From positions 99,601-163,600 of the forward strand of contig CANGMI010000009.1 of assembly GCA_947455195.1 (NCBI GenBank): 64,000 nt of DNA. Direction: 5' to 3'. Below, piece after piece: positions 18,282 through 27,673 of the stretch. Below the pieces are notes generated by a model, which was given only the letters and a program-made list of their open reading frames with translations, made no database searches and was not told where the DNA came from. The first letter of the stretch is position 1, and the number at the start of each line of letters is the position of its first letter. The position numbers and the translations under genes were made by a program. Origin of the DNA: Pseudomonadota bacterium (GTDB lineage: Bacteria > Pseudomonadota > Gammaproteobacteria > Burkholderiales > SG8-39).

Positions 18282-19358
18282 TCAGGCGTCGAGGCCGATG
18301 TCCTGCACCAGTGGCATGGGCTCTAGCACGAAGGCCGGATCGGCCTGCTCACGTTCGACCAGCGCGGCAAGCAGCCGACGCGCCCGCAATGGCGCCTCAT
18401 CGAGGCGCAACGCCACCCGCGGAATGGCGCCGCCAAGCCGATCGATCTGCCCCTGCTGCAACTCGAGCACCGCCGTGTCCTCGTCGAACGTCCGACGGAT
18501 GGCATCGCGGATCTGCTCGGTCAGCTGCGCGTTGTCCAGACGATAGTTGCGCGTCATCGACCAGAAGTAGTGCGTCGCGCGCGGGCTCTCGGGCGTGAGC
18601 AGGTGCAGCACGTGCCCGACATACGCCTTCGATCGGGGGGTACCCACCGGGTAGGCTCCGACGTCGGTCATGTTGATGCCGGGCGCCAGATTGATCGCGG
18701 TCTGCCAGCGGTCGATCCGCCCCTTGTGATCGAGAATCATCGAGAAGAACGGCGGGGGCTCGATGCCGGGCATCTCGCGATGACAGCGCACCAGTCGATC
18801 GCCCTCGACCGATACCGTGACCGGGTAGTTGGCGATGGATTCCTCTTCTTCATTGCCGATCGTGCGGGTGTGCACATACGACTCGTGACTGAGATCGAGC
18901 AGGTTGTCGTTCATCAGCCGGAAATCGCAGTTGACCCGGTGGTATCCCTCGGAAGCGACCCAACCCGGATCCTGATTCCAGTGCAGATCCGGAATGAGTT
19001 CCGTCCGCGCAAGCCTGGCATCGCCCATCCAGATCCACAGCAGACCATGACGTGCCGCGAGCGGCCAGGTGGCCACACAGGCCTTGTCCGAGGGCCTTGC
19101 CTGCCCCGGGGCTTCGGTACAGAGGCCATCGGCATTGAAGCGCAGACCGTGATAGCCGCACTGCATCTCGTCGCCCACGCGCTTGCCCGCAGACAGCGGC
19201 ACGAGTCGATGCGGGCAGGCATCATCAAAGGCCACCAGGCGCCCGCTCGAAGTCCGGAACATCACCACCGGAACATCGAGGAACCGGCGTGCAATGAAGT
19301 TTCCTTCGGTGAGTTCGCGCTCGAACCCGGCGACATACCAGACGTTCTTCAGCCACAT
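18282..19358 (-). CDS. Rieske non-heme iron oxygenase (VanA/TsaM-like), second copy
   Basis: MWLKNVWYVA, CPHR...CGYHG, DNLLDLSHESYVH, TPES-THYFW; GGGAG SD. Confidence 0.92.
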   Translation of the reverse strand: MWLKNVWYVAGFERELTEGNFIARRFLDVPVVMFRTSSGRLVAFDDACPHRLVPLSAGKRVGDEMQCGYHGLRFNADGLCTEAPGQARPSDKACVATWPLAARHGLLWIWMGDARLARTELIPDLHWNQDPGWVASEGYHRVNCDFRLMNDNLLDLSHESYVHTRTIGNEEEESIANYPVTVSVEGDRLVRCHREMPGIEPPPFFSMILDHKGRIDRWQTAINLAPGINMTDVGAYPVGTPRSKAYVGHVLHLLTPESPRATHYFWSMTRNYRLDNAQLTEQIRDAIRRTFDEDTAVLELQQGQIDRLGGAIPRVALRLDEAPLRARRLLAALVEREQADPAFVLEPMPLVQDIGLDA

Positions 19359-19861
19359 GATGACAGTCTCCCTGGAGGCAGGGTGCGCAGTCGCGTGGAC
19401 CGGCCCCATCCGTTCCCGTGCGTCCTACTTTACACACTCGATCGACCGACGTCTCCCCCGCTTTGAGTGGTGTTTCGGCCCGCAGCAAGTCGCAGCCGAT
19501 CATCCTCACCCTGACCGACCAGGGCACTCTGCTGGCCAGTTGGAATCCGCACTCCGCGGGGACGCGTTGACGGCACTGTGACACCATCGGACAGACCCTG
19601 GACGTGATCAGGCATCAGGACAATGGCGGCGCTCGCAGCGTGCGACCCGCGAAGCGCATGACGCCCGCACCGTGCGCCGCCCGGGGAACCGATTAAGTTC
19701 TCTTGAATCGACTGGCCTGCAAGGCCTGATCGCTATCATCGCCGTGCTTGTCACTGCAAGTCGGGCAGTACAGCCAGCAGCATGGTGCAGTGGCAATGGA
19801 CAGGCAGCCCCTCGAGCGCCAGGGACGCAGGCGAGGGCATCAACAGGAAGGAGAAGCCTCG

Positions 19862-20530
19862 ATGTCAAAACCGGTAGCCGAAATCAACAGACTGCGGCGG
19901 ATCGCGCAGGAGCGGCGGGACACAGTCTATTCGGACATCATCGAGGAAGTGCTCGGTTACGTGTTCCAAGTACGCGAATGGACCAAGGTGGCGACCAGCG
20001 GCAGCGCAACGCCCTACTGGGGGCCGTTCGGCGCGGAATATGACGTGCGTTACCAGGAAGGCAATCTCGCCAACATCGTGCATGAATTGACGCATATCGC
20101 ATGCTACGTCGGGTACGACAATGATTTCCTCTGCTGGCCTCCCACCGGGAGGGTCAAACCTGCCCGTACCTACTCGGCAGGCGCGGACATCGGATTCGTG
20201 ACCAACCAGGAGCAGCTTCAATTCCCCGAGATGGACCAACTGGAGCCGCTGCTCAACATGGGCCAGCGCATCAAGGCATGCGTGCCGACATCGCCACTGA
20301 CGGCCGATCAGCAGCGCCAGGTCATGGACAAGATGCAGTACGGAACGGGAATGTTTGGTGGCGTGGAGTTCGATCCGTGCGTCAACAACGTGCTTGGCTG
20401 GCTGATCGAATGGGGCTATCCCAGGAAAGGGTCCTGGTTCTCGAGAGCGAACAACCAGTTGTTCACAGTCACCGAACAAGTGGCCAGGGCGCAATACGAG
20501 AAACGGATCGTCAATCGCCCGAAGTTCTGA
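19862..20530 (+). CDS. Hypothetical protein with HExxH zinc-metallopeptidase motif
   Basis: AGGAAGGAG SD, ATG 19862, 222 aa, ANIVHELTHIAC. Confidence 0.7.
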   Translation: MSKPVAEINRLRRIAQERRDTVYSDIIEEVLGYVFQVREWTKVATSGSATPYWGPFGAEYDVRYQEGNLANIVHELTHIACYVGYDNDFLCWPPTGRVKPARTYSAGADIGFVTNQEQLQFPEMDQLEPLLNMGQRIKACVPTSPLTADQQRQVMDKMQYGTGMFGGVEFDPCVNNVLGWLIEWGYPRKGSWFSRANNQLFTVTEQVARAQYEKRIVNRPKF

Positions 20531-20647
20531 GTCTGTCGGAGGCGTCCGTGGATGAAGGTGGGCGCACGTTGCGGGCAGATCGCGAGGAGGAGCATCACAG
20601 GCCGGGCGCCAGCAGGGCACTGCGGCCAGGGCACCGCTGGCAAGGCG

Positions 20648-20723
20648 TGGTGGGTCGGGCGGGGCTCGAACCCGCGACCAACGGATTAAAAGTCCGCTGC
20701 TCTACCGACTGAGCTACCGACCC
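20648..20723 (-). tRNA. tRNA-Lys (anticodon TTT)
   Basis: GGGTCGGTAGCTCAGTCGGTAGAGCAGCGGACTTTTAATCCGTTGGTCGCGGGTTCGAGCCCCGCCCGACCCACCA, 76 nt, CCA encoded. Confidence 0.98.
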
Positions 20724-20968
20724 GGTACGTACGCCAACCGACCATCGCTCAAGGTCGGCAGGCTCTTCGCCATTCTGCTCTGGAGCACAGGACGCATGCC
20801 CAAAGCGAGCGCGGATTCTAGGCGGGTGACCAGGGGGTGTCAATGACGACGCCTGCGCGACCGGCGGCATACCAGTCAGGCCAGCGCCATGTTGCAGCGT
20901 CCAGACTTTGCATGCATCTTGTCAGGGTCTGTCAGTACCCTCTCTACGCTCACCCACAGGAGTTCATC

Positions 20969-21487
20969 GTGAAATCTGCCTCCCGCACGCTTGTCGCTGC
21001 CGTCACCACGAGCCTCGCCCTTCTGGGCACGGCAGTCGAGGCTGCCGAGTACATGGAGAAGACCCCCTTCCAGCTCTCGCGTGCCTTCTCGCCCGGGGTG
21101 GTAACGCAGGGGGGCAAGATCGTCTGGGTGGCCGGTCAGACCGCAACCCGTGACAACGAGAACCGCGACATCGCCAACAACTTCGAAGCGCAGGTGAAGC
21201 AGGTGTTCTCGCAGATCGACCAGGTCTTGAAGAACGCCGGTGGCAGTCTTGCCAACGTGGTGCAGATGACCGTGTTCATCAAGGAATCGCGCTACGGCGA
21301 CCGCTTCGTCGAGATGCGCAAGGACTTCTTCCAGAACGGCAACTATCCGGGCAGTGCGCTCATTACCGTCACCAACTTCGCGCGCCCCGGCATCGAGATC
21401 GAGATTCAGGCGGTGGGCGTCATCGGCGACAGTTGCAGCAACGAAAACCCCTGCTCGGCACAAGGCATCGCCAGCAAGAAGCGCTGA
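20969..21487 (+). CDS. Rid (YjgF/YER057c/UK114) family protein with N-terminal signal peptide
   Basis: AGGAG SD, GTG start, hydrophobic leader ending AVEA; FSPGV, VAGQTA, VVQMTVFI, IEIEIQA. Confidence 0.85.
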   Translation: MKSASRTLVAAVTTSLALLGTAVEAAEYMEKTPFQLSRAFSPGVVTQGGKIVWVAGQTATRDNENRDIANNFEAQVKQVFSQIDQVLKNAGGSLANVVQMTVFIKESRYGDRFVEMRKDFFQNGNYPGSALITVTNFARPGIEIEIQAVGVIGDSCSNENPCSAQGIASKKR

Positions 21488-21559
21488 GTCAGCAGGGCCT
21501 CCCGCCCCGATCGACCGGCGCCGGCGCGAGCCCGACGCCCCTCGATCGGGGGCCTCTCA

Positions 21560-22675
21560 TCAGCCGGCACGCCACTCGAGATAGCGAAAGGCAAGGCGCG
21601 CTCCGAGCACGATGAACGCCAATGTCAGAAACGCACCCAGCGCCAGTGTCGACACGCCGGTGATGCCCTGACCAACCGTGCAACCCATGGCCGTGACACC
21701 ACCGAAGCCCATCAGCAGGGCACCCACCAGGTGGTTGCCGGTGTCTTCGGCGTTGCGAAACCCCTCGAACCGGAATCGACCGGTGAAGAGCGCATGCGCG
21801 AGGCTGCCAAGGATTGTTCCGAGCACGGTCGCGATCCCAAACGTGACGCCGCGCGAGCGATCTGTCCACAGGAGCAGGAGGTCAAGCGTGTAAGCCTGGG
21901 GACCGACAAAGGTCAGCGATTCGGGGCGTCCGGCACTGGTGCCGATCCAGGCTTCCTGCAAGGTATCGGGATGCTCCTCGACAAAGCCGACAGACCCGGT
22001 GAGGTACCAGCCGGCAGCCACCGCGAGGCCCGTCACCACACCGCCCACGAGTGCTGCCGGTGCCCGCGCGTCGGCCGTCCGCAGTCCGAAGAAGGCGAGC
22101 ACGGCCGCAATGCCGATCGCCAGCCCCGGACGAAGCAGGCTCGCATCGAGACCGCTGCCGGCAGGCATGAAGGCGGCCAGCAGGCTTCCCAGGTCTTGCG
22201 CTCGACCCAGATCGATCGACAGGGCATCGAGCACGTTGACCCGCAGGGGTGCAAGCGCGCCGCGCAAGGTCATGCTGGCCGCCAGGGCGAGCACGATGGC
22301 GACGACGAGAGACTTCAGATTGCCGGCTCCGGCACGAATGAGGGTGCGTGCCCCGCACCCCGATGCAATGACCATGCCGAAACCGAACAGGAGACCACCC
22401 ACCGCGTGCGACAGGACGTTGAGCCGCGTCATGCGATACATCGACGCATCGAGAACGCCCGGTTGCATCGCTTCCACCCCGGTCGCACCGAGGAGGGCCA
22501 CCGCCATCGCCAGAAACCACATGCGCATGCGTGTCCAGTCACCCATGTTGGCGATGTCAGCCAGCGCGCCCATGGTGCAGAAGTGGCTGTGGGCGGCAGC
22601 GATACCGAAGGCGAGGCCGATAGCCAGCCCGCCCCAGACCACCCAGTGGTGCAGGACCTGGATCTCAGCTGGCAT
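21560..22675 (-). CDS. YeeE/YedE (TsuA-like) sulfur compound transporter
   Basis: Three Cys motifs FCTMGA, ASGCG, MGCTVGQG; many TM helices; TGATG overlap with cpoB. Confidence 0.9.
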   Translation of the reverse strand: MPAEIQVLHHWVVWGGLAIGLAFGIAAAHSHFCTMGALADIANMGDWTRMRMWFLAMAVALLGATGVEAMQPGVLDASMYRMTRLNVLSHAVGGLLFGFGMVIASGCGARTLIRAGAGNLKSLVVAIVLALAASMTLRGALAPLRVNVLDALSIDLGRAQDLGSLLAAFMPAGSGLDASLLRPGLAIGIAAVLAFFGLRTADARAPAALVGGVVTGLAVAAGWYLTGSVGFVEEHPDTLQEAWIGTSAGRPESLTFVGPQAYTLDLLLLWTDRSRGVTFGIATVLGTILGSLAHALFTGRFRFEGFRNAEDTGNHLVGALLMGFGGVTAMGCTVGQGITGVSTLALGAFLTLAFIVLGARLAFRYLEWRAG

Positions 22676-23571
22676 CAACGCGCGGGACGGCGCGCAAGGC
22701 GCAGTTTGGCCTGCTCGGCGGCGGGCGTCTTCGGGAAGCGGGCCACGAGATCCTTCAAGGTGGCCTGCTCGGCCTTGGGCTCACCCAGTTCGGCCTGGGC
22801 ACTGGCGATGCTCAGCATGGCATCAGGCGTGCGCGGATTGTCGGGCGCGGTGGCAACCATCTTCTGCAGCGCAGCCTTCGCGCCCTTGTAGTCCTTCAGG
22901 GCAAAAAGGGCGTTACCAGTCCAGTACTGGGCACTGGGCGCCATCGGGCTCTCGGGCCATGCGGCCACGAAGGCCTGAAACTGCGCGGCAGCCGCCTTGT
23001 ACTCGTTGGCCTTGTAGGCCGCCAGCGCCGACTCGTAGGCCTTGCCTTCGGCAGCCGCACTCTCCTGTTCGGCTCGCTCGCGCTCGACCTTGTCGTCCTT
23101 GGCCTTTTCCTCGCGAGCCCGATCTTCCTTCGCCCGCTCTTCCTGAGCACGCTCGAGACGCCGCAGGCGATTGTCCAGATCGGCATAGAAGTCCTTCTGC
23201 CGCCGCTCGGTCTGCTCGATGCGGTTGGCCATCACCTCGATCTGCCCGCGCATGCGTGCGAGTTCGTCGCGCAGTTTGTCGAGCGCATTGCCCAGTTCGA
23301 TCACCGCGGAGCGATCCTGCACCTGTGCCTCGAGGCTGCCGAAGCGGCCGTCAATCGACTTCTGGAGCAACTGCACCTGATTGCGCAATTGGTCGATCCG
23401 CATCCGGGCTTCGTCATCATCGAACATGCCAGCACGCGCCGACAGCGCGCCGACACACAGTGCCAGAGCGACTGCCGGTCGGATGACCCGACGATTCAGG
23501 CACTGGCGAAGTCCGAGGCCGGGGACCTCATCAACGCCTGGCTGGACAGCCTCGCGCGCGCTGCGGCTCAT
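22675..23571 (-). CDS. cpoB: Tol-Pal-associated TPR protein CpoB/YbgF
   Basis: GMFDDDEAR, coiled coil, AQYWTGN and PDAML TPR motifs; directly after pal. True start may be further downstream. Confidence 0.92.
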   Translation of the reverse strand: MSRSAREAVQPGVDEVPGLGLRQCLNRRVIRPAVALALCVGALSARAGMFDDDEARMRIDQLRNQVQLLQKSIDGRFGSLEAQVQDRSAVIELGNALDKLRDELARMRGQIEVMANRIEQTERRQKDFYADLDNRLRRLERAQEERAKEDRAREEKAKDDKVERERAEQESAAAEGKAYESALAAYKANEYKAAAAQFQAFVAAWPESPMAPSAQYWTGNALFALKDYKGAKAALQKMVATAPDNPRTPDAMLSIASAQAELGEPKAEQATLKDLVARFPKTPAAEQAKLRLARRPAR

Positions 23572-23575
23572 GCGA

Positions 23576-24151
23576 TCAGAACTCCTTCACCGAGCCGAAG
23601 TTGTAGAGAATGTCGCCGCGACGGTTCTCGGCCCAGTCGGCCTCTTCATGGCCTTCGCGACGGGGCTTTTCCTTGCCCAGGCTCACGGCATCGATCTGCG
23701 ACTCGGCAGCACCCATGAGCACCAGCGTGCGCTTCATCGCTTCAGCACGGCGCTGACCGAGCGCAATGTTGTACTCACGGCTTCCCCGCTCGTCGGTGTT
23801 GCCCTGGATGAGCATGCGCGCATCGCGATGGCTTGCCAGCCAGGTGGCATGTGCCTGCAGCGTCGAGCGGAACTCCTCACGCACACTGAACTCATCGAAG
23901 TTGAAGTACACGCTGCGACGCGACAGGACGCTCTTCGGGTCAGTCAGTTCGGTGGCTGCGTTGGCGCCCGGACCCGGGCGCACATCGATCGGCGCATTGG
24001 CGCTGCTGTTGGCGGCCGGACCATTGCCGCCCGCCATCGTGGATGCAGAACCATCGACGACAGGCGCGGCCGGCTGGTCACCGCCCGTGCTGCTGCAGGC
24101 CGCAACGGCGAGGGCCAGGGCCGCTGCGAGGAACGAATGGAACAAACGCAT
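23576..24151 (-). CDS. pal: Peptidoglycan-associated lipoprotein
   Basis: Lipobox VAAC, VYFNFD, GNTDERGSREYNIALGQRRA, ENRR. Confidence 0.97.
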   Translation of the reverse strand: MRLFHSFLAAALALAVAACSSTGGDQPAAPVVDGSASTMAGGNGPAANSSANAPIDVRPGPGANAATELTDPKSVLSRRSVYFNFDEFSVREEFRSTLQAHATWLASHRDARMLIQGNTDERGSREYNIALGQRRAEAMKRTLVLMGAAESQIDAVSLGKEKPRREGHEEADWAENRRGDILYNFGSVKEF

Positions 24152-24198
24152 GGTGCTCTCCTTGGATCGCGGTGCGATCGGTTTGATTCGATTTCAGA

Positions 24199-25527
24199 TC
24201 AAGGCAGAAATGGGCCCCAGGCCGGCTCGCGCACTTCAGCGGCCGAAATCGACAGCCGCTGCTTCACTCGACCATCGACCGACACGGCCGCCAGAGCACC
24301 TCGCCCTCCGACCTGGGTCGCGTAGAGGATCATGCGCCCGTTGGGTGCAAAACTGGGTGACTCGTCATTCTGCGTGTCGGTGATCATCTGCACCTGCCGT
24401 GTCTCCAGATCGAGCACGGCCAGCCGGAACTGCCCGCCACCGCCGCGCGTAATGTAGGCGAGAGTCCTGCCATCGGCGCTCACCGCGGGTGACACATTGT
24501 AACTGCCCTCGAAGGTAAGGCGTTGCGACTCGCCCCCTTCGGCGGGCATGCGATAGATCTGGGGTGAACCACCCCGGTCGGAGGTGAAATAGAGCCACTT
24601 GCCGTCGGCCGAAAAAGCGGGCTCGGTATCGATCGACGACGAGGATGCAAGGCGCCGTGTACCGCTGCCATCGGCATTGATCATGAAGAGTTGCGAACCA
24701 CCATCGCGCGTCAGCACCACGGCAAGGCGATTGCCATCCGGCGCCCAGGCCGGTGCACTGTTCGAGCCGCGAAAGTTCGCCACCGCAATCTGGCGCCGCT
24801 CGCGCAGCCGCTGCACATACACCACCGGCTTCTTGGACTGCAGCGACACATAGGCGAGTGCCGTGCCATCGGGAGACCAGGTGGGCGACAGGATCGGCTC
24901 GTTCGAAATGAGTACGGCCGATGCGTTCGCGCCATCGGCGTCGGCCACATGCAGTTCGAACCGTGGGCCCTGCTTCACCACGTACGCGATGCGGGTCGAG
25001 AAGACACCGCGCTCGCCGGTCATCTTCTCGTAGATGGCATCGGCAATGCGGTGGGCGGTGGCACGCAGTTGCGCCGCAAGGGGGCCGAAGGCGCCGCTGG
25101 TGAGTTGGTCGCCCCGCGCGGCATCGAAGAGTCTGAACCGGACATCATGGCGACCGCCCCCTTCGGGCCGTACGGCGCCTGCCGCAGCCGCATCGATGCC
25201 GCGCCCCCGCAGACCGGCAAGGTCCGATGCCGGTGCATCAACCGACATGCCGAGAACGGCGGGCGAATCAACGATGCGAAAGCGGCCGCTGCGGCGCAGG
25301 TCGGCTGCGACGACCCCACTCAGATCAACCTGTGCAGCGAGCTCGCCCTCGAAGGGCGCGATCGCGATCGGTATCTGGTTTGAGCCGCCACCGACAATCT
25401 GGATCTCGAGCTGCGCCCGGGCAGGCGCACCGAGCGTCAGGGCCAGTGCGGCGGCGAGCCCTGTCACCGCCCCGCGAAACCGCATCGGCGAGCCCTGCAC
25501 CATCCAACCGAACTGAGCCAGGATCAT
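24199..25527 (-). CDS. tolB: Tol-Pal beta-propeller protein TolB
   Basis: HRIADAIYEKMTGERGVFSTRIAYV, PD40 repeats (SPTWSPDG, APAWAPDG). Alternative start at 25485. Confidence 0.96.
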   Translation of the reverse strand: MILAQFGWMVQGSPMRFRGAVTGLAAALALTLGAPARAQLEIQIVGGGSNQIPIAIAPFEGELAAQVDLSGVVAADLRRSGRFRIVDSPAVLGMSVDAPASDLAGLRGRGIDAAAAGAVRPEGGGRHDVRFRLFDAARGDQLTSGAFGPLAAQLRATAHRIADAIYEKMTGERGVFSTRIAYVVKQGPRFELHVADADGANASAVLISNEPILSPTWSPDGTALAYVSLQSKKPVVYVQRLRERRQIAVANFRGSNSAPAWAPDGNRLAVVLTRDGGSQLFMINADGSGTRRLASSSSIDTEPAFSADGKWLYFTSDRGGSPQIYRMPAEGGESQRLTFEGSYNVSPAVSADGRTLAYITRGGGGQFRLAVLDLETRQVQMITDTQNDESPSFAPNGRMILYATQVGGRGALAAVSVDGRVKQRLSISAAEVREPAWGPFLP

Positions 25528-25533
25528 CAAAGG

Positions 25534-26544
25534 TCAATCCTCAAAAGCCTTGTGCGTGATCGTCAGTTCGCGCACGAACTGCTCGGGGCGATCCGGACGC
25601 GGCAAGGGCGAAGACTTGTAGATCGCACGCTCGACCGCCTCGTCGTAGGCACGAATGCCGCTCGATCGACGCAAGGTTACCGAAATCACTTCGCCCGTGG
25701 GCAATTGAACCACATCAAGGACAGCCTGCGGATTGCCCACAAGGTTCTCCGGCATGGTGAGATTGCCGCGAATCTTGCCGCTGATGCGGCCGATCCAGCC
25801 GTCGCGGGCACGGGCGTCACCAGCCGACGCCGCGCTCGCCCTCTGCGCCGCTTCGCGACGCGCGATATCGGCCTTCACCTGGGCGGATTCGGCAGCGAGT
25901 TGCTGATCGAGCTTGCGCCGCTGGGCTTCCTGCAACTCGCGCTGCGCCTGGCGATCGATGCGCTCGCGATCCTCGCGCTGGCGCTGCTCGCGGGCCTTCT
26001 CTTCACGCACCTTGTCATCGCGTGCCTTGTCATCGCGTGCCTTGTCATCGCGTGCCTTGTCATCGCGCGCCTTCTGCGCTCGCAGCTTGTCCTCGCGCGC
26101 CCGGTCTTCCTTCAGCTTGTCTTCCCGTGCCTTCTCCTCGCGCAGTTTTTTCTCGCGCTCGAGCTGGACACGCTTTTCCTGTTCAGCCCGCTTGCGACGC
26201 TCGCGCTCGAGCGCGATATCGGGGGGGCTGGGCGAGCGCTCAGGCTCGACCACAGACGGCGGCTTCGCCGGCAGTGGTTCAGGACGTGCGGGCGGTGCCT
26301 GCTCGGTCACCAACGGCGGTGGGGGCGCGGGCGCCTCCTCGATGGGCGGTGACTCGACCGGCATCGGTGCGACCTGCGGGGCTGCAGCCTGATTCCACAA
26401 CTCGACACTCACCGGCTGCTCGGACCGAATCTGCCAGCGAACGCCGATGATGAGAAACGCCGCAAGCAACAGATGCACGCCAACCGCCAGCAATGCCGGC
26501 AGAAGCCTCGAGGGCCGCACCGGCGCCAGGGGCCGAGACGGCAT
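25534..26544 (-). CDS. tolA: Cell envelope integrity protein TolA
   Basis: N-terminal TM with His (AVGVH), Pro-rich and charged helical linker, C-terminal SSG-YDEAVERAI. Confidence 0.92.
   Translation of the reverse strand: MPSRPLAPVRPSRLLPALLAVGVHLLLAAFLIIGVRWQIRSEQPVSVELWNQAAAPQVAPMPVESPPIEEAPAPPPPLVTEQAPPARPEPLPAKPPSVVEPERSPSPPDIALERERRKRAEQEKRVQLEREKKLREEKAREDKLKEDRAREDKLRAQKARDDKARDDKARDDKARDDKVREEKAREQRQREDRERIDRQAQRELQEAQRRKLDQQLAAESAQVKADIARREAAQRASAASAGDARARDGWIGRISGKIRGNLTMPENLVGNPQAVLDVVQLPTGEVISVTLRRSSGIRAYDEAVERAIYKSSPLPRPDRPEQFVRELTITHKAFED
26011..26070. repeat. 15-bp tandem repeat x4 (cttgtcatcgcgtgc) inside tolA, encoding (ARDDK)n
   Basis: Three exact copies and one copy with a single mismatch. 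Confidence 0.95.
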
Positions 26545-26963
26545 CAACGACCCGAGGCGTCGTGCTTCACGAGCAGTCCCACTCGCTTCACATCGGCGCG
26601 CTGCAAGGCATCCATGAGACGCATGACCGCGTCGTACCGCACCTCGCGATCGGCGGCTATCACGACGGGCTGCGTACTGCCGACCAGGTGATCACGCACA
26701 TAGTCCTCGAAGTCCCTGGCACCCAACCGTACTTCGGCCGCCGCGCCTGCCTTGCGGTCACGCACGGACACGCTGCCATCGAGCTTCAGGTCGATCTCGA
26801 TGGGGCTCTCGGCCACCTGGGCCGATTTGCCAACGCTGGGCAGATTGACCACACCCGGCGTCATGAAGGGTGCGGTCACCATGAAGATCACGAGCAGCAC
26901 CAGCATCACGTCCACGTACGGAACGATGTTGATCTGGTTCATGAGCCTGCGCTGGCGTGCCAT
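26544..26963 (-). CDS. tolR: TolR
   Basis: INIVPYVDVMLVLLVIFMVTAP. Confidence 0.96.
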   Translation of the reverse strand: MARQRRLMNQINIVPYVDVMLVLLVIFMVTAPFMTPGVVNLPSVGKSAQVAESPIEIDLKLDGSVSVRDRKAGAAAEVRLGARDFEDYVRDHLVGSTQPVVIAADREVRYDAVMRLMDALQRADVKRVGLLVKHDASGR

Positions 26964-27673
26964 CACATGCCCCGGGCATCGCGCCCACGACTGGCCTCGG
27001 TGGCCGCCTGACGTTGCAGGATGTTGAGAAACTCCTCGATGAAACTCTCGAACCGGATGGCCAGACGATCAATCTCGTGGGAGTAGCGGTTGTAGGCCAC
27101 CACCGCCGGTATCGCGGCGAAGAGACCGATGGCGGTTGCCACCAGCGCCTCGGCAATGCCCGGCGCCACCGACGCGAGCGTCGCCTGACTCACATTGGCC
27201 AGACCACGAAACGAGTTCATGATGCCCCACACGGTGCCAAAGAGACCGACATACGGGCTCACTGACCCCACTGTGGCGAGGAAAGCCAGATGCGCCTCGA
27301 GTTCATCGAGTTCGCGCTGGAAGGTCGCACGCATCGCGCGCCGTGCACCGTCGACAAGCGCCCCTCCGTCGGCACGTTGGCCGCGCAGCTTCAGGAAATC
27401 GCGAAAGCCGGCCTGAAAGATGCGCTCGAGCGTGCCGGCACGATGGCGCGCCGCCTGCCCCTCCTCGAAGAGCACGTTGAGATCGCTCCGGCTCCAGAAG
27501 AGGCGCTCGAAGTCTTCGGTGTCACGCCGTGCCCGGCGCACCGCGAGCATCTTGCCGAAGATGTAATACCAGGAGGCCACCGACACGCACAGGAGCAGCA
27601 GCATCACCAGCTGCGCCACCAGACTCGCATGGCTGATGAGTGACACAAACGACATATCGGCTGAAGCGTTCAT
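26963..27673 (-). CDS. tolQ: TolQ
   Basis: SPYVGLFGTVWGIMNSF, APGIAEALVATAIGLFAAIPAV. Confidence 0.97.
   Translation of the reverse strand: MNASADMSFVSLISHASLVAQLVMLLLLCVSVASWYYIFGKMLAVRRARRDTEDFERLFWSRSDLNVLFEEGQAARHRAGTLERIFQAGFRDFLKLRGQRADGGALVDGARRAMRATFQRELDELEAHLAFLATVGSVSPYVGLFGTVWGIMNSFRGLANVSQATLASVAPGIAEALVATAIGLFAAIPAVVAYNRYSHEIDRLAIRFESFIEEFLNILQRQAATEASRGRDARGM

Noticed and set aside
1-20647. Integrative element or genomic island anchored at tRNA-Lys
   Set aside because: Gene content is accessory, but I saw no integrase, transposase or duplicated tRNA 3' end in the window, and no clear GC shift; the left boundary may lie outside.
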